This document shows positions 25,801 to 40,248 of a DNA stretch of 64,000 nt, in pieces (position 1 is the stretch's first letter; each line of letters begins with the position of its first letter). The notes beneath the pieces were generated by a model, which made no database searches, was not told where the DNA came from, and saw nothing but the letters and a program-made list of their open reading frames with translations. The translations under genes and the position numbers were made by a program. The stretch is from the human T2T-CHM13v2.0 reference genome, Homo sapiens, in the NCBI RefSeq assembly GCF_009914755.1, contig NC_060939.1; one strand, written 5' to 3'.

Positions 25801-27589
25801 CCAACCACAGTGCATGGGAAGCATTAGCCTGCACCATCGCCTAACTGTGTGACCCTGGGCAAGTTACTTACCCTCTCTTGCTTCAGATTCCTCTTCTGTA
25901 AAATGGAGCTGGTGCTGGGGTTGTGGGGAGGATTTGATGAGACAGTGAGAGGGTGCAGTACGCTTTCCTTACCAATGTCCCTTGTGCCTACAGAGCATCA
26001 GGAAACATGGAGCCTGGCACCTGGGGTCCTCCTGGGGAAGAAAGGACTTTTGATCCTAGAAACCAGAACCATCATCAAAAGAGAAGGCCAAAGGCACTGG
26101 AAACCTGAAACCTGGAGAATGCTGTTTACTGAGAACACTTCACAAAAGTCATCATTGTTTTCTCTGAGAAGCAGTTCTCTAAAGGGCCCTTGAAATACCT
26201 TACCAAGAAATACTCCAAGAAGAACAATCATTGCAACTTCCTTGGAGAGCTGCCTCAAGCAAGGAGACTCGTAAGCCCCCTTCCATCTAGATGTGGAGAG
26301 GTGAAGGTGGGTCTGAGGCAGAGGACTGAGTTGAGTCCTGCTGGAGAGCTTGGCTTTAAAAATGCAGGATTGAAGGCACTGAAACATCTATTTACAAATG
26401 GCTTTTACCTTATTGGTGTAGAAAAGGACTGTACTGTGTCACAAAAGAAAATAAACTTAGCACAGAAACATTAAGCCTAACACATACTAAGTGCTCAATA
26501 AATGTCACGTATAATCATAATTATTTGTGCATTATAAAATATTACTATTATTTATAGACATATAAATATTTCTATATAAGTATACATAATATGTGTATTG
26601 ATAATAACAATACTATTGTCACTTAATAAAAAATAAATGCTGCTATCTGGAAGAGTGGGAGAAACTACTGGGCGACCTTGAAATTTATTATTTTAGACCA
26701 GAGAATCAGTGCTCAGAGGAGAAATTTGGGAGGATGAGACCAGCCAAGGTGGTGCAGACTGTCAGGCTGGAGCTGGGAGAAGCCCTGTCTGCTGTCCACC
26801 ATACTCCAGCCCTGCCCCAGGACCACAGCCTGCAAAGGGATCAGCACCCCCAACCCCTACCCGATGGTGTCTCCTGGCCAGGGCAACTGCTGTTGGTCTC
26901 ACTAGCACCTCCCTCTGCCCTTACTCAGGGAGCCTCTCTGGAGGTTAATCTGTGTCAACTCAGCCCTACAGCCACACTAGCTGCTGGCCCACCCTCCTGG
27001 GACCCCAACACCACCAGAGATGGCAGACCACCCCAGAAGGCTCCCCTTACCCTTCACTTACAGATGGGGCAGTGTCTTGCCTAGGGCCCCCGAACTCATA
27101 AGGGGCAGCAGCCCAAAGGGCCATGGGAACCAGGGACAGTCCTATCCAGAGATGCCACAGGGGACTTGGTGGCTACTCTCCTGAAATAGGCAAACCTAGT
27201 CCCAACATTCCCTCTCCCTGGATGGACACTGTCATGTTGTAACGAAAAAGAACATTACAGTTCGAGAGACAATTTTGCTTTTCTCCTGGGCACCAGGGGA
27301 CTGGAGAAAGCACAGAGAAGGGTGTTCAAAATTTACTTTATTTGCATACTTAGGAGGGGGCCAACAGACTCAGCCCCCACCGGGTTTGAAGCAGGGCAGC
27401 CCACTAGCTGGTTGCTTGTGTTTGGGAGGTCCATTGAGCTCCCTGGGCCTCAGTTGCCTCCTCTGTAAAATGGGAGTAATTGGGAGCCACTTCCTGGATC
27501 AGCCTCTGGAGGTCAAGTGAGGCTAGGCTTGTAGTAAGGCACCGGGCACAGACGCACAGGGATGGGTGCGGGAGGCAGCGGCTGTCATT

Positions 27590-27795
27590 CCATTGGCGTG
27601 GTAAAACGTCTGAAAGAATATTCACCAAAATGTAAAGTAGTGGGGCAGGGAGGTTATCGCCGAGGGGCAGGATTTCGGTGATTCTCATTCCTTTTCTTCT
27701 TTTCCTTTTCTTTTGGCTTATCTGAATTTCCCAAATATTCCACAATGTTCCTGAATGCATTGTGTCACTTGAAAATGATAATAAGGGAAAAACAA
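27590..27795 (+). mobile_element. Old L1ME 3' end fragment
   Basis: tctgaaagaatattcaccaaaatg...ggttatc...ggatttcggtgattc. Confidence 0.55.
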
Positions 27796-27849
27796 GCACT
27801 AAGCCCTGCTGTGGTGTGTGGCCGCCTCCATGCTGGGGGAAGGGAGCCC

Positions 27850-28330
27850 AGGGCAGTGGCAAAGCCCAGGCCCAGCGCCCCAGGCGCGGGGGAAGGCGAT
27901 GCCCCCTCCCCGGGGCAGGGAGGACCCCCTACCCCAGCGGGCGGGCGGGCCCAGCCCCGCTCACTCGCTCCGGCTGCGCCTGGCTCAGACAATGCGAACA
28001 CACAATCATTCATTATAACTCAATTACAGTGATTAAAGCTGGTGGCATGCAGAGGCAGGAGGGAGTGTTGCCAACAAAATTTACACTCCGTGTCATCAGC
28101 GAGAGATAACAGCAGCTGACGCGGCCGATCGCCTCCCCTGCCATCTGCTCAGTGCGGGGGCCGCCCGAGGGGCGAGGGCCGCTGCGCGCTAATGGTGGAC
28201 CGTGGAGCAGAGAGCTGCGGAGATGGGCTGCCTCGGGCTGGGACTGGGATAGCAGCAGCGCTGGCTAGACAAGCCAGCCGCCACCCCTCCCTGCAGAATT
28301 GGCCGCCCCCCGAAACTCGGCATCTGGAAT
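27850..28330. promoter_or_regulatory. Orphan CpG-rich element around an AT-rich core (candidate enhancer)
   Basis: Dense CpGs and GGGCGG boxes flank ACAAT, TAAT, AGATAA and CAGCTG motifs. Confidence 0.55.
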
Positions 28331-31300
28331 GGGGCTGTGGGGAGGCCAGGGTGCTACTGTTCTGGGTTGGGCCCACCATGGCAGAGGGTGGGATTCTGAC
28401 GTCTGGTTTCCACCCCGCTGTTTCAGATGAGGAAACTGAGGCACAGATGCGCAAAGAATCACACCCAGTAATCCTGGGGCACAGCCAAAACTTAGGCCTG
28501 CTCTGGGAATGGTGCAGAGAGGGAGGCAGGGAGCTGAGGACACTCTGGACTACAGGGAGAGGGAAGTTGGCCAGGGTGAGGCCTGAGACCCTGGAGGCCC
28601 AGAGGCATCAAGAATGGTGGCAGGAGGGCCCACAGGGCAATACATGGAGCACTAGGCACAGGGCAGGGCTGCTGGGGGAATGTCACGGGTGGGGGAGAGA
28701 TGGCTGGCCTGTGTCAGGTGGGCTCTGGCCACAGTGACCAAGAGAAACTCAGGGGGAAGGGTTGGAGGCAGAAGCCCACAGCTGACATCTGTGCTACCAC
28801 AAGGTAGAAGGTTGGGGAGGGTAAGCTGCCTTTCAAGGGGTAGCAATGACGCAGGCCATCCCAGAACACTAGGCTTCCAGCTTTGCCAGCCGCAGGAAAC
28901 AGGGCACCTGTTCAATGGACCAGCAGATGTAGCTGGTCTCCCATCTGGGAGAGTCTCCCCTCTGAGTCCTGTTGAGCAGCAGTGGGACATGGAAGGTGAA
29001 AGATGGGTTCAGGCCCCTCTTCCCCTGGTTATGCACTGGGTACATTCTTCTGGCTGTGCCATGCTCTGAGGCTACCGTCACCGTGCTAGTGCCCACGCTG
29101 CCAGCTGCCTGGCGTCCTCCTCTCTGCCTTGCCCTGACACCACAAGTAGAGCTTGTTTCCCAATGGCCGAATTCCACCCAGAGTCTCCTTGTTATACTGT
29201 CAGAGGCTCCTTGGTTCCCCCAGAGTCCATCTCAGTCCTCAGCATTCTCCTGTCACCCTCACCCTCCCTCAGGAGCCTCTGCACATGCCACACTGCCCCT
29301 CCTCCATGGCCTTCCTCATCCCCCTCATCCTTCAGAGCGCAGCTCAGACCTTACCTCTTCCAGGAAGCCATCCTGGCCCTGGGGGCCCGTGGGTGCCTGT
29401 CCTTTGGACTTCCATGCCCCTGTGCCAGTTAGTGCCCTAGGAGCACTGGTCATGGAATATTAGGGTCATCTGGGGATGGGGCCGTTCCCCACCCCCAACC
29501 CTGGCAGCAGCTTGGGGGCAGAGGCTGGGTCCTGTTCATCTCTGAAGTCTGGGGCCCAAACCGAGTGGGTCTCTGGAAATGTTTGTTGACTGGATAGAGG
29601 CTGAATGACTGTGTGCCAGGATGGCCAGACAGGACCTGACACAATAACTGTCTCACGAGGCCTGGCTCAGGTGAGTGCAGAACAGAGCCCACAGATGGGG
29701 CAGAGATCAGTGTCCTCAGAGTGAAAAGCTAGGGCAGGAAGCTCAAGGGACGGGAGCCACTCTCCTGCCGGCTCGGGCCTCTCCCCACATCCATTTGGAG
29801 CCCCTCAGTTCCTGCCCATACGACCCCACTCTGTGCTCACCAGCTCTCCCACCCCAGGTGGCAGGGCAGGGCTGATGGCTCAGAATGGACCCTCAGAGCT
29901 GCTGACTGGAGGCCGAAGGAAAGAGGGAAGAGGGAGGCAGTTGCCCTCTCTCTCCCCCTGCACATCGCAGGTCAGGCCACCTAGAGACTAGGACATAACC
30001 AGCTGCAGATAGCAGAGAAAGAATGAGATCCAGGCAGGGCCACATGGCCCTGCTCAAGATGCACAATCCCCTGAATTCCCCAAGAAGAACTGAAAGAGGA
30101 AGCTGAGGAGGGGTGGTGGAGGCTGGGGATGGGGTGAGGAGCTCTGCAACACAGAAACACTCAAGAGTCAAGAAGCCTGGGTGTTCGTTTCAGTCTCGAC
30201 TCGAGGTTGTGTGAAGTCACCCATTCCTTCGTTCTGCACACGGTGCAAGGCACTGGGGATACCAGAGGGACTGAGCTTGACAGAGGTCCTGCTTCCATGA
30301 AACTTTCAATTCCAAGTCACTGTGTTCTCTGGGCCTCAGTGTCCCCATCTGTAACAAAGATATTGGACTAGATCTGGCTTTCCCAAGCTGTGGCACAGAG
30401 GAGAGTTTTGTAAGAAAGATGACGAGGCATTGAAAACCATGGGCTGCAGAGCAGGAAATTATTCTCTTCCCAATTCTCATTCAATCATTTCTGATTTGGA
30501 CAAGGCGCAGGTTTCATTTGGGTGCGAATGTCCAACACAGCTCTCAAACACTGGGTCATCTCCCTTTTTTAACAAGGAAGGAGTGAGAACTTGAGGTACA
30601 GCTACTTAGAATTGTTTTCATTGCATTTACAAGTATGCAGACTTTTAAATTTAAGGTAAGGAATATTGGTATTTTATTTATGATAATATATAAAGTTTCC
30701 TTTTAAAATCTTTACATTTAGGCTTTAAAAAGTAAACTTATTTTTTTAAACCTATGAGGTAAATCATAGGCTGGTGGGTTCTAGACCAGGGCAAATATCA
30801 TTAGATGACTGCGATTCTTTGATTGCGTAGGTCTAGGTAGCTCTGTCCATGTTGGTGGGTAGGACTTAGAGGCCTGAACACCTGCGCCTCCTGGAACTGA
30901 GCCAGCAGGGCCAGAGGAGGGTGCCTCACACTGATAGAAAGGTGATGGTGAGTCAAGTAGCAGTCTTGGGTAACATCTGTCCTTAGGGCTTCCTGGAGAC
31001 TAGGGAGTGTGTCCCCAAACAAGCTTGAATGCAAATTACTTTCGTTGACAAACAAGCTGATCTACATAGTGCATGCACAGCAGTTGGCAGCAGTTTCCAA
31101 ATAGTGCCCTGCACAGAGGGATGGCCTCTCTGTGCAGTATTCAGCAAAGTGATTCAGTACTGTGGGCTTCCTCCCTCCTCCCTTCCTCCCTCCCTCCACC
31201 TGCTGACCCTCCTGGGAGACACTAGAGGTTCTCTAAGGAGTAGCTCCAGCCCTAGCACAAGGAATCTACAAACTCTTCAGGCCCATCCAAGGACAAACTA

Positions 31301-31949
31301 GCTCAGAACTGCAGAGAGGCAAGCAGTTCAGGGACTGGCATGTCTAAAATGCCTTTCCCTCTATAAACCTACAACCCCGATGCACTCTTAAACACCTAGT
31401 CAAATGTGATCTCCTCTGGGAAGCCTTCATGAATACTTCCCCTTTTTGACCCTTCTGAGAGTTGCCTCTTCCCCCGATGAGGACCCCCACAATATGCTGT
31501 CCAGGCCACTAATTATTAATTAGTAGAATTTGTTTTTTCCACTAACAAGTGCATTCTGTGAGGGTATAGATCACTTACCTCTATATTTCGTGCCCCTAGC
31601 CTCCAACACTGGGTCTGTTCTGTCTATATTTATTGAATTAATGCATGGGTGTGTGGGCCGATATGCTTGGCTTACAATCCTGAGCAAATTTTCAGATTCT
31701 ACTCACTCTACTTCTCCTTTTAAGGAAAGGAAACTTTTCATTGAAAGCATTCTTTTGGGCATTTAGTAACTGTTTACCAAACACCTATCAGATGACAGGT
31801 ACTCCATTAGGAACTGGGAATAGAGAAGTGAACCAAACTTGATCTCTGCCCTCAAGAAATTCACAGTTGGTTGGTTGGAAAAATGAAGCAAGCAGCAAAT
31901 GAATAGCAACAAGGGAAGAATTTGAAATTCATCTTCACTTAGGTGTAAA

Positions 31950-33370
31950 CCACTCAGAATTTAATCTACTTAGCAAGGAGATACAGGTAGAAGATCAATG
32001 AGGTTAAATAAAAAAACCCTGTAACCCTGAATTTGAATTAGAAGCCTCAGTAGACCTCACGGTCTATTTATATATTAACAAATATATAAATATGCACATA
32101 CACATTTCTTAGCTCTGCTACTGAAAAGGCCCAGAAACAATGATCATTTCATTAGCATCAAGCACCCCAAGCACCCAGATTATGGTCTCCAAATACCACT
32201 TTCCACTAAACAGAACCAAGGTTCATTGGAAAAAATGGCCAACTCCACATCCAGGATGGAAAATGTACAAGATGAGCCAGGGACATTGTCTTTTACCAGA
32301 AAGCATGGAAGCTCTCAAAGACTAGTATGGTCGTATTAAAAAGACTCAGGAGGCATCTTCAAGAGGATCCCCAAGTAGGATGATTTCAGAAGCAATAAAG
32401 ATAACTCCACTTGACTCAAACATATCAAATATGTTTAAATTCACACATTCATAATGTTTTAAAAAAGAATACCTCATTGGTCAATTGCTGAGGATACTGA
32501 AGAATTAACTTATTATTTTGAAAATTGGCAAATAAAGCAAATGAATCAAGCATTCATCTTGCCTTTCCTGTATGAACTGTACTTCAAGGTAACCAAATGG
32601 TTGGTGTGGGGCAGTTTCTTTTTATAACAATATTCAAGCAAATGTTGCAATTGGAATCACCCTTATGTAGCCCCTAATGAGTTAATGAATCTACACAATG
32701 ATCATCGGTGACTGCTAACATACAAAAGGAGAAGCATCTAGCTGCTATGTGTTTCCTAATGAATCTATGAAGTATTCTGCCTCCCTCCAAAATCAAGCCT
32801 GGATCTAATCAAGCTCCAAGATCTAACTACAATTTAGCAATCAGCAAAATTCAGACTATGTGAAGCTCTAAGGACAAATTTGGTTTTTTTTCCAGTAAAT
32901 AAATATGTGTGTGTATGGATGTGTATGAGAGAGAGGATGTGATATGAAGCAGGAATCTAAAAGACATATCAATTTTGCTTGCTCTGTGTGGATCTTATTT
33001 GGATCCTAATTCAAATAAATACACTTTGTAAAAAGACTTATGAGACAATTGGGGATCTTTGAATACAGATTGGATATTTGATGATATAAGAAGTTATATT
33101 TTAGGTTTAGTGGTATTTGGTTACATTTTCAAAACAGGTCTTACGTTTTGGAAATAGTAAAATATGTGCTAATTTAATGATGAAATGTCTGGAATTTGCT
33201 ACATAATACTCCAGTGGTGGTGACTGGTAGAGATGGGTGGGGTATAGATAAAAGAAGATTAGCCCTGAGTTGATAACTGTTGAAGCTGGTTGATGGGCAC
33301 ATGGAGATTCATTATTCTGTTCTCTCTACTTCTCTGTTTGGCATTTTTCATAATGAAAAGCTAAACAAAT
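31950..33370 (+). mobile_element. L1MC-type LINE 3' region
   Basis: ctgaatttgaattag...cacccagattatggtctccaaatacc...gatgggcacatggagattcattattct...cataatgaaaag. Confidence 0.75.
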
Positions 33371-33664
33371 CTAATCCATGCTGTCTCTGCATGAGAGCAC
33401 TGCCCCTGCACACTCACAAAATCATTAGAACCACAAAACATCCAAGCTGGAGAGGACCCAGGGATTGATTATTCACCTGCCTTCAAGCATCACATAAAGG
33501 ATGAAAAGATCAAGGACTGGAGAGATCCCGTGACGTGACTAAGGTGATGTGGTGAGCCCGGGGCTTTGCTATCTGCCACTGGGCATGGGCACCCCCACCC
33601 CAGGCCCCCTTTGAGTCACCAGACACTATAACGGGGGCGAGTTCTTAAGTCTTTACTTTTCTGC

Positions 33665-36490
33665 CTTTTTAAAAAAAAATCTTTAATTATGAAATATTTC
33701 AAACATGTCACAAAGTACAGAAAATAACACGACCCTTCTAAAGCCACCACGCAGATTTTTAAAATGTGAACATTTTAACATTCTCTACAGAGTTTCTAAA
33801 AAGTAATAAAATGTGATAGGTATAGCTGAACTCCCGCTGACCTTTCCGTTTCTTCCCTCCCCACAGATAACCATTATCCTGGTGGTGTAGGGTGTTCTTT
33901 CTACTCATATATATATGTATATATATGCTCAAATATAGAATTGTTTTGTGGATTTCTATTTTATATAAATAGTATCATATCATGTATTTCCTTCCACAAC
34001 TTGCTCTTTTCACACAACATTGTTTTTGAGATTTATCCAAACTGCTACAGAAAGATATAGCTTATGCATTTTAATGCCTATGTACAATTTTATTATAGGA
34101 AAATGCATAGATCTTTTAAAATCCATTCATCCATTAATGGACAGGTTGTTTCTAATTATTTTTGCTCAAACAAGGAGGCAATGAAGATTCTGTACATATC
34201 TCTTCATGGAGTTGTTGAAGAGTTTCTCCAGGGTGCATACCTGGAAGTAGATTTAGTGGGTCACAGGGTTGTGCTTTTCCTCCTTCATGATTGCCAAACT
34301 GCCTGGCAAGAGTAACCTATTAGTAATAGTAATAGTTGTTTGGCAACCACAAAGTGGTTGAACCAATTTATGCTCCCACAGTGTTTGACAATACTAGTCA
34401 TTCACCACCCTCATGGAAGCTTCATATGATCAAACTCGAAAACTTGCCAGTCTAATGGGAATGGGTCGTTCCATTTCATTTTGTTTTGTAAATTTGCATT
34501 TCCCTGATAGCTGGTGAGATGAGGTATTTTCACGTGTTTGTTGAGCATTTCTGCTTCCTCTCCTGTGAATCACCTATTTATGTCCTCTACCCATTTTCCT
34601 CTCGAGTTGTTGGCTTTCAATGTACTGATTTGGAATAATTCATTATCTATTCCAGACACCACTTTTTTCGGTCAGTTGTAGGCATTGTGTTTATGTTTTT
34701 TCATGTTTTGTTACTTTATAGTATCTCTTGTTGTACAGGTATTTTAAAATTTAATATCATCAAATTGATCTTTATTTCATTATAGCTTTTGCTTACTGTC
34801 TTGTTCAATAATTTTTCCCATCCTCTGAGTCCTGAGGTTGTTCTCCAATATTCTGTACTATAAGCTTAAAAACCTTAATCCTTTGAGAATTTATTTTTGT
34901 GTACTGTGTGAGGTAGGGATCCATTTTCCCACCATGAAGATGGCCTGTTGCTCCAGAACTTATTGCTGAATAGTGCTTTTCTCCACTGATGCATAATGCC
35001 ATCTATGTGGTAGTCACATTCTCACCTATATAGTAGTCTACTTATGGACTCTCTATTCAGCTCCATTGGTCTATTTGTCTGCACATGCAGCAAGAGCACA
35101 CTTTCCTGCTTCCTGTAGCTTTACAGTAAGTCTTGATATCTGGCAGGCGAAGTTCTCCTCCCTCATTTCTCTTCAAAATTGTATTTGCTATTCTTGGTCC
35201 CTTACTCTTCATATAAATATCAGTATCAGATTATCAAATTACACAGAAAACATTCCATTTGGATTTGTTTAACATTGTATTTATAAATAGTTGTAAAATA
35301 CAGCTTCTTAAATGAAAAAGCTCATAAATGACTATGGCATAGTTTGTGATATACAGAGGTCTTTTTACATTTAAATCTTCAATAAAATTTTGTATTTTTA
35401 TCCTTAAAGATCTTACGTAGCTTTACTTGGATTGACTCATAGGTAGCTTTTACTATTATAAATGCATTTTTCTTTACATTTTCTAATTGGTTGCTGCTTG
35501 TGAATAGGAATGCTATTGATTAATGAAATTTGATCTTGGATCCAGCAACTTGACTAAACTCCCTTATTAAACAGTTTTATATTCTGTGTATATCTAGTCA
35601 TATTATCTGCAAATAATTACAACTTTGTTTCTTTCACTTCAATCATGATACTTTTATTTATCCTTTTATTTTTTATGTTGTCCTATTGCATTGGCTAGAC
35701 CCTCCAGCACAACGTTGAACAGAGACAGTAATAATGAATATTCTTGTGTTTAAAAAAAGTTTTTTAGAGATGGGATCTTGCTATGTTGCCCAGGCTAGTC
35801 TCCAACTCCTGGGCTCAGGTGATCCTCCTGCCTCAGACTCTCAAGTAGCTAGGACAACAGGTACACACTGCTGTCCTGGCTCATTGATTGTTTTTTATGA
35901 CTTTAATATGATGCTTCTGAAACTTTACTGTTATCTATTATTTGGCTGCAGGTCTGATATAGCTATCCATTGTCAGATTAAAGTTTTCTTTGATTCCTGG
36001 TTTGTAACTTTAAGGGAGTCATGAATGGGTGTTGAATTTTGTAAAATGCTCTATCTGCTTCTTTTTACTGGTAAAACTTTCTAAGACTTCCAGGTGTTCT
36101 AGAAAATAATTTGCGGGCTCCAATAGTTGCTTGTAGGGTTCTATGTCTCAAGCTTGTTAATTATGTTGTTCATATCTTTTATAACCTTATAAATTTCTCA
36201 CAGCTTGATCTACTAGTTCCTCTTAGTGGTATGATAAAACTTCCCATTCCTCCTTGTAATTCTGTCCATTTTTGCTTTATGTAGTTTTTGGGTATTGTTC
36301 TGAGCTAGGGATCTCCACTCTACCTTTAAAGTCTTTTATTTACCACATTAAAGGATTCCCCTTTCTTTCATGTAGATTAGCAAAATTGTTTTATTTTAAT
36401 TTTATACAATATGTCTGTGTTCACATGGTCAAAGTGAATCCTTATTAGCTTGCTGTTTCATTTTCCTGAATTGGAAATTCTAGGCCCGAT
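33665..36490 (-). mobile_element. Old L1M(E) LINE, 3' UTR and decayed ORF2
   Basis: T-rich; residual ORF2 peptide DPYLTQYTKINSQRIK (ORF 34805..35002); interrupted by a FLAM. Confidence 0.8.
35757..35882 (-). mobile_element. FLAM / Alu monomer within the L1
   Basis: tagagatgggatcttgctatgttgcccaggct...gatcctcctgcctcag. Confidence 0.85.
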
Positions 36491-36859
36491 CTTTTCATCT
36501 TCTAACCTGTTGCCACCAAACATTTGCACAGGGCAGCTTCCATCTGTGATACCCTGTAGGGACAAGGCCATAGCCCCATCCTAACTCCCTCTCTTGCCTC
36601 AGCAGTCAGGAGCTCCCTAGGGCCCACTTCTGACCTGTCTGAGAGGGGAACTGGGTCCGGGTCAGGTTGAGCACACTGTGGGGTTTTCTGGGCATTCACA
36701 GAGGTACTCAAATGGATGTAAGAAAGGTCTGATTTAGCCAGGGGAGCTTCTGTCTCTTGGCTCTTCTTCCCATACTCTTCCACCTAAGATCACTGATCTC
36801 CTCTACACGTGGGATCAGTTCTTTCCAAGCTTCTACTCCAGTCCTCATGAGGCAGGCAG

Positions 36860-37165
36860 TCCACCACCTATCCTCCACTCACCCGCCAATCCTCTCATCC
36901 ACTCATCCATCCACCTATCCATTCATCGATCCATTCAACCATCCATTCGTCTATCCATCCATTCCCCCATTCATCTATCCATCCATCTACCCATCCATCC
37001 ATCCATCCATCCACCCATTTATCCATCCATCCATTCATCCATCCATCCATCCATCCATCCATCCATCCATCCAACCATCCATCCATCCATCCATCCTTTC
37101 ATGCATCCATCTACTCATCCATCCATCCATCCATCCATTCATCCATCCATCCATCCAACCATTCA
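36860..37165. repeat. (CCAT)n tetranucleotide array with degenerate edges
   Basis: Read directly. Confidence 0.95.
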
Positions 37166-37515
37166 GCAGCAGTGTCATACAAACCTTACAAGCTGTGTGA
37201 CCTTGGGGAACTTGAACTTCAGTTGTTTCATCCATAAAATGAGTATAATAATAGCAATGACCTCATAGGTCAGTTATGAGTATTAAACAATATTTATGAA
37301 GCACTGACTGACATGATTTACATGCACTAGCACTCTAGAAATATTAGTGTATTATCTTAATCACACACTCACTGATTCATTCAAGTAACATTTTCCTGAG
37401 TACCTACAATGCACTAAGCACTGGAGATATAAGACAAAGTCGCTGTTCTCTGAGAGCCCACTGTGTGGTGGGAGGGTCAGGTGGGCATCAGGAGACAGGA
37501 TATCATTAAACCATA

Positions 37516-37932
<417 letters not shown>

Positions 37933-38739
37933 TCATACTAACATTGTGCTTGGTATGTGCTACCTAAAGTTGGGAGAGAACACTCTCAGAGTACCAAGGA
38001 GTAGGGAAGTGGGCAGTCAGGGAAGGCTTCCTGGAAGAAGTGACATTGAGGCCTACTCCTGAAGAATGAGCAGAAATTCAAAGAAGGATGCACCACATTC
38101 AAGCTGAAAGAGAAGCACATGCAAAACCTAAAATGGGAGAGCATTGCTTTTCAGGGCATTGGAAGTACTGTGCTGCTGGTGTGTGAAGGGAAGCAAGATA
38201 AGTGGGGAGGGATGACTTTAGAGATACAGGGCCCACACCTAGATGAGTTAAGGGTGAGTTGTGCTGTGAAGAGGGCCAGTGAGGGGCTCCAAGATGGGCA
38301 ATGATGGGGCCAGATGTGCAGTTTATAAAAGTAACTGTGTGAATGTGGTGGGAGCTTAGAATAGGTATATTACCCAGGTAAGGAACTGATCATGCACCAT
38401 GATCCAATCACAGATCCCCGGGTCTTCTGATGCCAATTGTGTTGGGGACTCAGAGCCCTGGGGCATTATCATGGGCATTTTCAGACACTGAATTGCAGCC
38501 TCCTTCCATCTTCTCCCCATTCCTCTGCCTCTCCTGGTTCAGGCTGGAATTGTGGTCTCTGTCCAGCTCCCTCCTCCGGTTTCACCAGCCTGCTCAGCCA
38601 GAATCCTAGCCCAGCTTCTGGCCTGGAGGCTACTGGTGGGGGTGAGGGGTCGGGAAGTTGCAGCAAGAACTGGGATGTAAGAAGGCTGGATGGAGCTGGA
38701 GGGAGGAGCAAGAACTAGATGGGTTAGGTAGGGATGCAT

Positions 38740-39235
38740 TGTTGGGACCATGCTCTCTTTTACCCCAGGCCTTAGCACATGCTGTTCCTTCCACCTGGAA
38801 CACTTTTCTTCATACCTTTCATTGGCATGCCCATGGTATTCTTCACTTCTGTTTAGCTCTTGGTCCTTCCAGGACCCTCTTGCTCTGCCCTTCCATACTC
38901 AAGTCAATGCCTCAGCTATGTGTGGTGACATCTGGTTTGCACTTTCACATATCTCATGGAGTGGGAATTGTCAGTTTCTGTTTTCTCCCAGTTGGCTGAG
39001 AGCTCTAAGGGCAGGCACTGCATCTTACTATCTTTGCATCTTAGCATCGAGAACCATGCCAGGCACATATTAGATTCTTACTATATAAATGTTGGTAGGA
39101 TGGACGGGTGAATAGGATGGCTAGATAGATGGATGGAAGAGTGAATGAAGGGGTATACGGATAAATGTGTGGGTGGGTAATGGATGGGTGGATAGATGGA
39201 TAGAAGGATGGGCAAGATGGGTGGGTGGGTGAGTT
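38740..39235 (+). mobile_element. L2 3' end with an expanded (GGAT/GGGT)n tail
   Basis: gagctctaagggcagg...atgccaggcacata...aaatgttgg followed by GGAT repeats. Confidence 0.65.
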
Positions 39236-39931
39236 CTAGGAAGTTCTTGAGGCAGGAGGCTGGTTTCCATGACTGTTCTGGGCCATCTCCTTTCCATGAG
39301 TAATTTCCTTACCAGTACTGTTGGTAGAGGAGCAGGAAGACTCATTCCCTGGATATTAATCCTCCAAGCAACATCAAGTCCTGTAGGCTGGGCAGTTCCC
39401 TCCTAGCTTTCCATCCTGAGTGTGCTAAGGGTTTAGGGGAGGGGGATGTTTCATCATAATGTTGGCTTGGACTCTGTGAGTCATGTTAAGTCACTTGCCC
39501 TCCCTGGGCCTTAATTGCCCCATCTATAAAATTGGGCTTAGTATAGATGTCTCTTCAAATATAAAAGGTCCAACTTTGGTATAATGTTTAAAAATGCTCC
39601 ATTAATCATACAATTTTTTTAAAAGTTCAGATTTGTTTGCTTTATATTAAAAATGATGCTCATTTGTAAACACTGAATAAGTTATTGGGAAAAAAAATTA
39701 CACTTGCATCATTATGGGCCATTTGATGGCCAGTACCTAACATTTAGCAGTCTTGCTAAGGATCCTTCTGGCTCCAGCGTCCAGATCTCTGTCTCCATAC
39801 CTTCTCAGAGACCCTACAAGTTAGACAATTACTGCCCACGCTGGGGTTGGGGCCACCTGGGGGCTGCGACTCAGAGGGAAGCTAGAAAGGGTGGCTTTGT
39901 CAGCTATTGCCAAAGATGACCCAAATATTTG

Positions 39932-40248
<317 letters not shown>

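Noticed and set aside
27745-29463. Cluster of long ORFs (up to 181 aa) near the CpG-rich element
   Set aside because: High GC depletes stop codons; no homology or coherent exon structure is visible.
30365-30810. Possible hAT/Charlie DNA transposon remnant
   Set aside because: Could not confirm TIRs, TSD or family by eye.
34805-35002. ORF with an L1 ORF2-like peptide
   Set aside because: Decayed fragment of an ancient L1, not an intact gene.
36757-37235. HPSI / MDGW repeat ORFs
   Set aside because: Translation of the (CCAT)n microsatellite.
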